From assembly GCA_034090015.1 (NCBI GenBank), contig JAXDTJ010000018.1, positions 41,740 through 105,739 on the forward strand: 64,000 nt of DNA. Direction: 5' to 3'. How positions within the stretch are numbered: position 1 is the stretch's first letter; each line of letters begins with the position of its first letter. The notes under the pieces are model-generated. The model had not been told where the DNA came from. It made no database searches and saw nothing but the letters and a program-made list of their open reading frames with translations. The translations under genes and the position numbers were made by a program. Shown here piece by piece: positions 19,706 to 29,200 of this stretch. This DNA is from Paludibacteraceae bacterium. Its GTDB lineage: Bacteria > Bacteroidota > Bacteroidia > Bacteroidales > Paludibacteraceae.

Positions 19706-21289
19706 ATGAACATCCACGAAGAATCCCAACGCTGCTTGTTGTGCGAGAACGCCCCTTGCAGTCAAGCGTGTGCCCACGGCGACCCTGCGCGGGCAGTGCG
19801 CGCCATCCGTTTTGATAACCTCCACGCGGCAGGGCAGTGGTTGCTGCCATGCACCGACCGCGACCTCCAAGCCGCTGAGCAGGCGTGTATCCACTACGAC
19901 CGCTCCATCCGCCTGCGCGAACTCCGCGATGCCTACAAGCAGGAATGTAAACAAAGGTTAGATAACCATCTCCCCCGCCCCGCTTCGTTTATCCCAGTTT
20001 ATCCCGACTTGTCGGGAACCAGTCGGGACGGGGAGGAGAATAGGGGGCGGGGAGAAAATACCTTGTTAGCCTCCCTCCCCTCCCTCGCCATCGACTTCTG
20101 CGGTATCCCCTGCGAGAACCCCTTCTTCCTCGCCTCGTCCGCCATCTGCACCAACTACGAGATGGTCGCCCGCGCCTTCGACGCCGGCTGGGCAGGGGTC
20201 TTCTACAAGACAATCAGCCTCCAAGACATCCGCGAGGTCTCGCCCCGCTTCGACGCCATGCACACCAACGCCGCCAAGGGCGATTTCTACACCCTGCGCA
20301 ACATGGAGCAACTCAGCGAGAACCCCGCCGAGGTGGACTTTGACATCCTCGCCCGACTCAAGCAGAACTACCCCTCGAAAGTCATCGTAGCGAGTATCAT
20401 GGGGCAGACCGAGGAGGAGTGGATTACCCTCGCGAAGATGGCGGAGAAGGCGGGAGCCGATGCCGTGGAACTCAATTTCTCTTGCCCGCAGATGCGCCTC
20501 GCGGGGATGGGTAGCGACGTGGGGCAGAACCCCGAACTGGTTACGTTCTACACCGCCTACGTCAAGCGCAACGTCTCCATCCCCGTCATACCCAAGATGA
20601 CGCCCAACATCACCCATATCACCGAACCCGCGATGGGAGCCTTCTTCGCCGGCGCAGACGCTATCTCGGCTATCAACACCATCAAGTCCGTAACCATGAG
20701 TCCCCGCGCGGAGGTCGCCGACCGCCGCACCGTCTCAGGTTTGTCTGGACGCGCCGTCAAGCCCATCGCCCTGCGCTTCATCGTCGAGATGGCGAAGAAC
20801 CCCCTGATGAAGAACATCCAGTTCAGCGGTATCGGAGGCATAGAGACGTGGCGCGACGCGCTGGAATTCATACAGTTAGGCTGCCGCAACGTGCAGGTGT
20901 GCACCGCCGTTATGCAGTACGGCTACCGTATCATCGATGACCTTACCTTAGGCTTACAATTATATATGTCCGCCCGCGGGCTCACGCGCGTGGAGCAACT
21001 CGTTGGCGAGGAACTGCCCTCGTTCGTAACCCCCACAGACCTCGACCGCGAGACGATGGTCTTCCCCAAGATTGACCGCACGCGCTGTGTCGGCTGCGGG
21101 CGTTGTTTCATCTCTTGCGCCGATGGCGGACACCAAGCCATCACCTTCGATGCCGACCGCCGCCCCCATATCGTGGGTATCAAGTGCGTGGGCTGCCACC
21201 TCTGTCGCCTCGTCTGCCCCACGGGCGCCATCGGCGCGGCGCAACGCATGCCCAAGCACCAACTCCCCCGCACCTCCGACCCCACCTAA
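19706..21289 (+). CDS. PreA/dihydropyrimidine-dehydrogenase-B-like flavoprotein (DHOD-like TIM barrel + Fe-S domains)
   Basis: N-terminal CLLCENAPCSQAC. DHOD-like blocks NPFFLASS, ELNFSCPQ and GIGGI. C-terminal CVGCGRCFISC and CVGCHLCRLVCP ferredoxin motifs. I prefer the ATG at 19706 over the track start at 19661. Confidence 0.75.
   Translation: MNIHEESQRCLLCENAPCSQACAHGDPARAVRAIRFDNLHAAGQWLLPCTDRDLQAAEQACIHYDRSIRLRELRDAYKQECKQRLDNHLPRPASFIPVYPDLSGTSRDGEENRGRGENTLLASLPSLAIDFCGIPCENPFFLASSAICTNYEMVARAFDAGWAGVFYKTISLQDIREVSPRFDAMHTNAAKGDFYTLRNMEQLSENPAEVDFDILARLKQNYPSKVIVASIMGQTEEEWITLAKMAEKAGADAVELNFSCPQMRLAGMGSDVGQNPELVTFYTAYVKRNVSIPVIPKMTPNITHITEPAMGAFFAGADAISAINTIKSVTMSPRAEVADRRTVSGLSGRAVKPIALRFIVEMAKNPLMKNIQFSGIGGIETWRDALEFIQLGCRNVQVCTAVMQYGYRIIDDLTLGLQLYMSARGLTRVEQLVGEELPSFVTPTDLDRETMVFPKIDRTRCVGCGRCFISCADGGHQAITFDADRRPHIVGIKCVGCHLCRLVCPTGAIGAAQRMPKHQLPRTSDPT
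19969..20055. repeat. palindromic element inside the PreA-like gene
   Basis: TCTCCCCCGCCCC ... GGGGGCGGGGAGA arms enclosing ATCCCGACTTGTCGGGAACCAGTCGGGAC. Confidence 0.75.
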
Positions 21290-21292
21290 TAC

Positions 21293-21340
21293 CCACTGGG
21301 GACGCCTCACTGGGGACGCCCCGACAGTGTCGCGGGCGGA
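21293..21340. repeat. ACTGGGGACGC words after the PreA-like gene stop
   Basis: CACTGGGGACGCCTCACTGGGGACGCCCCGACAGTGTCGCGGGCGG, related to 17668 and 63388. Confidence 0.7.
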
Positions 21341-21407
21341 TAGTTCGGAACGAACTAATATCAACTAATAGGGGATAATGAGCCGACGATAAGCCGACAA
21401 TTACGGT

Positions 21408-21447
21408 AAAAAGACGGCAAAAGGACGGCAAAAAGACGGCAAAAGGA
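21408..21447. repeat. GACGGCAAAA(A/G) x3 tandem words
   Basis: AAAAGACGGCAAAAGGACGGCAAAAAGACGGCAAAAGGA. Confidence 0.8.
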
Positions 21448-21511
21448 GCCGAGACGAAGCGGAGAATAACGCAAGTTCTTGCTATTATAAAACTAATTAA
21501 AAAACAAAACA

Positions 21512-21829
21512 ATGAAAAAGATTCAGTTAGCACTTATGTGCGCAGTAGTGGCAGTGCTTTTTGCCTGCAAACCCAATGGTGTCAGTGTGAAGGACATGGA
21601 CGCTACCAAGTTAGACAACACCACCCCCAAATGTTGGGCATATACCATCGTTTATTCCGATGGAAAGACCACAGAAGCCTATTTGTGGGGTACAGAGCAG
21701 GAAATCGTGCTCAAGTTGCAAACAGTCATCAAGAACGCGGAACACACCGTTGCCAACGAGCCCAAGGACATCACCTACCGGGCAGACGGCACCAAAGACG
21801 AACAATCCTGCATGGATAAGAATATGTAA
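21512..21829 (+). CDS. small lipoprotein, unknown function
   Basis: MKKIQLALMCAVVAVLFAC lipobox, 105 aa. Confidence 0.6.
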   Translation: MKKIQLALMCAVVAVLFACKPNGVSVKDMDATKLDNTTPKCWAYTIVYSDGKTTEAYLWGTEQEIVLKLQTVIKNAEHTVANEPKDITYRADGTKDEQSCMDKNM

Positions 21830-22023
21830 GACCGCAGCAAGACCGTCTGACGACTGTCAGACCGCGCTTCGCGCTGAAAGACAAAAGATCGCTCACTTCG
21901 TTCGCTGTCAGACTGATATAGTCTCAAATGCTGAATCAGTCTTTCAGCGAAGCGGTCGTACAGTGAAACGGTCAGACAGCGAAGCGGTCGTTCAGCGAAA
22001 GCGGTCTAACAGCACAGCGGTCA
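21830..22023. repeat. ~190-bp CAGACCGC-word palindrome after second lipoprotein gene
   Basis: Same architecture and centre (GACTGATATAG...CTGAATCAGTC) as 19536-19692. Confidence 0.8.
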
Positions 22024-22034
22024 TAATAATCAAT

Positions 22035-23129
22035 ATGCACTCCCGTAATCTCACATACGATGTAGTCAAAGGTCTTGGTATTCTGTTGGTTATCTTTGCT
22101 CATTTCTCTAACCGTTGGCAGATAGAGAACATCTTTTTTTCTTTTCACATGCCGCTATTCATCTTGGTGGCAGGCTTGTTCGATAAGGGCGAAGCGCATA
22201 TCAAGGACTTTGGCAAGCGCACGCGGCAGAACGCGTGGCGGTTGCTGGTACCCTATTTCGGCACACTCATCTATATGTGCCTAATCTCATGGATATGGGA
22301 TGCCTATACAGGAGAAGAGACACTCAATCGCTTGCCGTTGGTGCGTCTTGTCATTAGCACGGGCGATTTCTATGCCACGCCCTACGGAGAGGCATGGTGC
22401 GGACCGCTGTGGTTCCTCTTCGCGCTCTTCATCACGCGCGAACTCTTCTTCTTGCTACGCTGCGGCATTCGGAACCCCTATGTCGTCTTGCTGGTATGCA
22501 CCGCACTCTCTTTCACGGCGAGTGTGCTTTATCCTTTGCTGGCACCTATGGCATGGAATCCCCTGCCGGGAATAGGCATGCTTATCTTCTATGCCATCGG
22601 CTGGTTTGCCCACCAAAGACATATCCCCGCCATTGCTAAGGTGCTGAGTATCATCGCGTGGCTCGCTGTCATCTATTGGTATTTGTGGGGCGGTGCCGCT
22701 GCCCATTTAGACATGCGCACCTGCCATGCCAATGCGCTGGAGGTGCTCGGTGCTTGCGGCGGCTCGCTATTGCTCTACGGCTTCTGCCGCTATCTTCTTT
22801 CGGCGCTCGAGGAACTGCAGACATGGTGCGAACATCGTGGATGGAAGTTCGCCCCTGCCCCTTTCTGGACATGGTGTGGCAGAAACTCCATGCTCATCCT
22901 CTGCGTGCATAGTTTTGACTTGGTAACCAATAAGTTTGCATTTATCATGACTTGGGCAACGGCTCTCTCTCCGTGGTTGGCTACGCTGGACAGCGCATGG
23001 CTTGCACTGCTCCGTGCGGCTATCACCCTGCTGGTGGCGCTGCTCATAGACTTAGGCTTGCACTTGTTCTACCACCTGCGCGACCGCATCTTCCCCAACA
23101 ACTTGGAGCACATGGCGCAAAGCATATAA
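22035..23129 (+). CDS. acyltransferase family 3 (OafA/YrhL-like) membrane protein
   Basis: About 10 hydrophobic helices. The N-terminal DVVKGLGILLVIFAHF pattern fits this family. The upstream 125 codons of track ORF 21660.. run through a palindromic repeat and are rejected. Confidence 0.7.
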   Translation: MHSRNLTYDVVKGLGILLVIFAHFSNRWQIENIFFSFHMPLFILVAGLFDKGEAHIKDFGKRTRQNAWRLLVPYFGTLIYMCLISWIWDAYTGEETLNRLPLVRLVISTGDFYATPYGEAWCGPLWFLFALFITRELFFLLRCGIRNPYVVLLVCTALSFTASVLYPLLAPMAWNPLPGIGMLIFYAIGWFAHQRHIPAIAKVLSIIAWLAVIYWYLWGGAAAHLDMRTCHANALEVLGACGGSLLLYGFCRYLLSALEELQTWCEHRGWKFAPAPFWTWCGRNSMLILCVHSFDLVTNKFAFIMTWATALSPWLATLDSAWLALLRAAITLLVALLIDLGLHLFYHLRDRIFPNNLEHMAQSI

Positions 23130-23161
23130 AACTGCGTGTAGGGAAGCCTCTTCGAGGCTGT

Positions 23162-23257
23162 ACACGAAGCGAAGCGGAGTTAAAAACACGAAGTTGCATA
23201 CACGAAGCGAAGCGAAGTTTCCTACACGAAGTTATAACACGAAGTTAAAACACGAAG
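23162..23257. repeat. six ACACGAAG octamers abutting the giant ORF start
   Basis: Copies at 23162, 23186, 23200, 23224, 23237 and 23250. The last three are 13-bp tandem units ending 6 nt before the ATG. Confidence 0.85.
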
Positions 23258-23263
23258 TTTGAT

Positions 23264-26200
23264 ATGAAAAACCGTTTATTCTTTTTATGCGTTGCCATGC
23301 TGGTGGCATGCGGCGTAACGATGGCTGACAACACTTGGTTTGAGGAGGGTCGTAACTTCTCTGCCTATTCTTTGGGTCAAGGCAAAGTGCATGTGAAGGT
23401 GCTGGTCTTTGCGAGAGGAGGTACGAATAACCACTGGGCAACGACGGGAAACGGCGGAAGCTTCGTCTATGCCTATTCCTCCGGAAATACAGTTTATGCG
23501 TTGCAGTACGAAGGCGATAATAATTACAACTGTGAGAACGACTACAAAGGTTGGGTGAAGTTTCAAGTGAAGAGCGGTACGGTGATTATTACCAATTCCT
23601 ACGGAGGCAACAACAGCACCACATACACTCCGAGCAACGGTTGGGTAAATCTATACCTATCGCGTACAGGAGAGAGCAACACCCCTACTTATTTGGAGTT
23701 CGACTGGTATCCGCCCACAGTCTTGGATAACAGGTCCTTCGACTTGAAAGCGACCATCACCGATACACGAAAGTATGGGGATACATGGACGCACACGTGG
23801 TACTTAGGCTCTTTCTCCGGCCTCTCTTTACAAGCGCCTATGCTCTATCAACCCGTGTTCTATAGCGTTGGAGAAGATGGTCAGCCGGGGCACGGACAAG
23901 TGGCTATTCCGTATGTGGTGTACCAAGAGCCGAAGAGTTACACCACCTCCACCACCGGCAATACTACCTTCATCTGCAAAGAGCGGACAGGTCAACTGCT
24001 GGCAAAGACCACCGACACGGTGCAGTATGGTTTTTCTGCCAACTTCACTGTCGTGCGCGAAGACAAGACCACCACGGTAGTAACTTCCAGCAAGGTGGAC
24101 ATCCCTGCGTTCCACCGTATCTATGATTTTAAAGCAGAACATTATGTACCGGAAGGTATGGATAGTATGTGGTATATAAAAACCAAGACCACCCTCAGTT
24201 GGAAGGTGCGGACACCCTGGGCAACCGATATCATGCCTATGGATATGTTCCAGATTCAGCGCGCCTACCATCCCGACTTCTCCGATGCCGAGACCCTCGC
24301 ACTCATCCCTTACGAGACAGGCAAGGGCACCTACCAGTGGGTGGACGACACAGAAGGGGCGATGAAAAACCTGAGAACGGATACTATTGACATGAATATC
24401 TACTATCGTGTAAACCGCGTCTCTACCACCAACTGGGGCTATGAAGGGCACGAGTGGGTGCGTACTACCGCCATCCGGAAAAACACCAGCTTAACGCATT
24501 TTGACTCCGATTATAGTAACTACCGCAAAGCAGACGATTTTCAAGAAACAAGGCGCGTGTTGTTTACATTAGAAACATTGACTGATCTAAACATGTCATA
24601 CTGTTGGGATGAGAGAGCCTCCATACGCGTACGCCGACTGGCTATCTCTGCCGTGGATACTATCATCACGGAGAGAGTATTCCCCGGCTCTATGGTGCGG
24701 CCCTTGCCCCCAGACCCCAAACGAGGCAACCCTTATTTCAGTACCCTCTACCGGTTTGACTTCGAAGATGTAGCAGACATCCCTTGTTGCCACTATGAGT
24801 ATGAGGTATATATAGACGACAGCCAAAGTCTGCTGAAGTTAGATGACTTGTACCACCGCTATCAAGAACCGCTGAAGTTAACCTCCTTAGACCTTTACTA
24901 CACCGATGCGGCTTCTATTGCTACCTTCCGCGTGTCGGACGGAGTCTATCCCGACCGTATCTTCCTGCAATGGAACCCAACATCAGGCAGCGTAGACTCC
25001 TTCTATGTATATCGGAGCACAGACCAGAGGCAAGGAGGCGAGGAGATTGCCCGCATCGCAGGACAGCACTATTATATAGACACGGATGTCGTCCCGGGCA
25101 CGGTTTACTACTATACCCTAATGGCGTCTTATCTTTGCGGCGGTACGCATCAGACGCAGTTTACCGAGCAAAAGAGAGGCAGTCTGTCGCCCTACGGATG
25201 CATCCGCGGGCGTATCACATACCCCAATGGCACCGGCAACGTCGGCGTAACAGTACGGGCTGAGGGTATAAGTGGAGATGTTGCTTCTATCACCCCCAAC
25301 TACCTCTATGCCGACTCCACACGCGTAGTATATAATAGTACGCAAGACCCCGTTTCCCTGAGCGGCGATTTCTCTATCCAGATGATGGTCAAAGACTCCG
25401 ACCTCACTATCGTTAGCGGTACCGGACACCCATTGCTATATAGCACCGATAGTACTTTCCGCCTCGAACTATCCGGCGAAACTATCCGCTTCACCATGGG
25501 CAACCAGACCAGACTACTCAGCCTACGTAACGAACACAGCCAAAACAACGATAACAACATTTTCTCCCTCACCCTCACCTACTGTGCCCACACCCAAACG
25601 GTAACCCTCTACCGCGATGAGCAACAGACCGCTACCGCCACTATCCCCCTGCACAACATCCATAGCCGCTTGCGCTTCTGCTGCCCCTACTCGCTCGCCC
25701 CCGTCTCTTCCTACGGCGTGGGCATTGATGAAGTGCGTATCTTCCACCGCGTGCTCTCACAAGACAACGTCCGCACATACTCGCGACATGCCTTGGCGGG
25801 AGACGAAAACGGACTGATACTCTACTACAAGTTCGACATGCTATCTTTATCTGATATCGCTATCCCCAATATAGCAAAGATGCAAGCCACGGACGGCAAC
25901 GGAATGATGGCAGCGAACAACGCACTCATTTGGGACAAGGCAAAAAATGATGATGATTACCGATATATCCACCTCCCGGGAGACCTCATCACGCGCTTCG
26001 AGGCACTCACCGACGAGAGCGGCAACTATGTCTTAGCGGGCATACCCTTTGCCAACGGCATTACTTACAGCCTTACCCCCACAGCCCAACACGGCACCTT
26101 CCGCTATAACGGCACATCCTCTGCTTCAGCCACCATCACGATTGGCAACACGCGCCCGGAAGCAACCGCTGTGGACTTCATGAACACCGATGCCGTGCGC

Positions 26201-29200
26201 TTCAGCGGCAGGATACTCTACGAACGCTCCACCATACCGGTGAAGGGCGTGCATTTCTTGGTGAACGGCATACTCGCCACCGATGCCACAGGCAACCCCG
26301 TCGAGACCAACGAGAGCGGTAACTTCCAGTTTGAATTGCCCAAAGCACCGATACGGGTGCAGGCTGTGAAAGACGGACACTGCTTTGCCAACGATGGATA
26401 CCTGATTCTCAACGGAGACACCCTCTTCCAACCTACCGACAACATCGATGCCATTCGCTTCTACGACCGAACGAAGGTACGCCTCATCGGGCGTATTGCC
26501 GGCGGTAACGACCAAGGACTACTCCCCTTAGGCTTCGGACTCAGCCGTAACAACCTCGGCGACCATATCTGCATGGTGCTGGAGTTAGAGGGCGACAACG
26601 CCGCGCAGATAGTCTTCGACCCCTTGGACAAGACCCTCAACCGCCTTGACACCACTATCGTCCATGCCATAGACACCACCCAACATACCGACATTTCCTT
26701 GCAGAGCAAGCGGATAATGATTTACCCCGACCCGGCTTCCGGAGAGTTCTTTGCCGACCTCTTCCCCGTGAAGTACAAAGTAACCCAACTGACCGCACAA
26801 GGCTATAGCACGCTCACCAACGAGAAGACCGCCATGCAGGTCATAGACCTCACCAACAAACTCGACAGCCAATACACCTATTATACTGACACCATTCAAG
26901 GAGGTGCGGTCTCCAGGCCGCACCAAGAGAACTATGACGAAACCATGGTGCGGTTAGGAGACCGCACCTCCTTGGCCTTCCACGACACCTTCCGACATAT
27001 CTACCATAGCCCCATCACCGTAACGCCCGTACAGAGCCTTTACGGCATGGAGGTGGGCTATTTCGGCGTCGAGCGTATCGCTGTGCAACGATGGGACGGA
27101 GAGTCGGAATCCCAGTCGGTAGCACTTGCCAAAGAAGACGGCACCTATGAATACCTCTTCGGAAAACCCATCTTCACCGAAGGCAAATACACCTTCAATA
27201 TCTACGCGCACGAGGACTATTACTATAATGGCGACCGCAACCTCGGCAAGCACGACCGCGTGATGCTCCACGAAGGCGAGGTGAAAATCTATAACGGCAT
27301 GCACTCCAACACAGAAGTGCTGACCGGGACGCTCGATAAAGACGGTGTCTGCCGCAACATGGTCCTCCGCGCGGATTATCCCACCTACACGCGCGTGGAC
27401 GAAGACGCTGCGCGAAACATACAGGTTACTGTAACCTACGAGCGTGAATCCCATACTACCGAGCCTTTGCGGGTGCTGGTATTCGCCGACCGACGAGAGG
27501 GAACAGAGGCAATATCCTCCACCACGGCAGACATCACACTCTACGATATCCTGCGCGACCCGCCCGGCTCCGGCAGTTTCGCTACACTCAGCGCAGGAGC
27601 ATCATACTCCGCATCGAAAACATGGGCGTTATCCGTCAAAGCGGGTGTCACACTCGAGTTCGAAAAAGGAGTAAAATATGCCGGATTTGTGGGAGCGGTT
27701 ACTGCCGTCCCGGGACTGCTATCAGCGCAAAACTATAACATAAACACAACCACACCATTCAGCATTCCGCTGGTGTATAATTATTCCATCAACAAAGATT
27801 ATAGTTATTCCTATTCCACCACCGAGACCATACGAACGGGTAGTGATGCCTACCATGTAGGTGCAAAAGCGGACATATTCATGGGGGCAGTGGAGAATCT
27901 CTATATATCTACTTGCCACGGTATGGCTGTGCTGGACTCGCTGACCTATCTATCGATGGCTGCGCAGAAGGAGAACGGCACCATGCGGCATATCGCTACC
28001 GCACGAAATCTACAAGGTGAACTACGCCACCTCGTGGTAGCGCCTAAACTCACCTTAGACATGGTGCAGGATGCCACTTTCTGCTACACCCAAGAGCACA
28101 TCCTCACCACCGTGATTCCCAAACTGGTAGCCCAACGCAATGCCTTGGTGCTTTGCGTGGACTCAGCGGCGGCAAGAGCAAAAGCCAATCAAGAGAAAAA
28201 GCGTATCTACTACACTACGATGAGCCCTGATAGTGCCGACTTCGCAATAACACGCGGGAAAGGGTACGACTTTGTTGACCCCGTAAATAATACCGATAAT
28301 ACACCCGAGGCGGATAAAGTAGCCGGTATCAACCGTGCCATCCTCGCTTGGACCAACCTGATAAAACAAAACGAGAAGGAGAAGGTCAATGCACAATATA
28401 CCACCGACAAAAAAACATATTCCGTGGCAGGTGGCTCTACGCTTACCTATTCCGAAACGGTAACTTACGGCAGCAAATATAACGAAATACCCTTCAACTT
28501 GGGCGGTTCTGCCGGAGCAAGCAATCTGAGCAATCTATGGGGAAACGCCATCAACAAAACCATACAGACGCTTCTACAGGTAGGTGGAAAGGCTGATTCT
28601 ATCACCATTGAGAGCGAAGCGCCGGGCAGCAAGTTCTCCTTCAGTTTGAAACCCATTGCCAATATAAGCACCCAACCAACTTACGCCGCCTCCGAACAGA
28701 AGTCGCGCACCTATGGTTATACGCTATCCCCAGACCGGTTCGGATATATGGATGTGCAAGTAATGCGCATGAAAGACACGATAAGCGATTTCTACCAAAA
28801 CGCGGAGGATACCCTTGCGTTAACAGGAGAGAAAGCCAATGGTAAACTGCAAAGTTACAGCAGTTTCATCTTCCGCCAGTTGGCAGGTGCCAGCCGCTGC
28901 CCGTGGGAGGATGCCGACTCCACACTCTTCTACCAGCCCGGCACGCCGCTGAGCATTGCCACCGCGCGCTTGGAAAACCCGCAGATAACCATCGCCCAAC
29001 GCGAGATAAGTAATGTGCCTGCCGACCAACGCGCCATCTTCCAAATCGCCCTCAACAACGAGCAGACCTACTACACGGGCATAGGTGCAGCCACCCTGCC
29101 CTTTGAACTGTCGGTTATGCCGGGTAGCAACCCCAACGGACTCAAGATAACCATAGACGGCCAACCCCTCACCTCGGATCCTTTATCCATCACTCTCCCG

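Noticed and set aside
21660-22034. N-terminal 125 codons of the 489-aa track ORF
   Set aside because: This part overlaps the 105-aa lipoprotein gene and reads straight through the 190-bp palindromic repeat. The hydrophobic acyltransferase body begins at the ATG at 22035.
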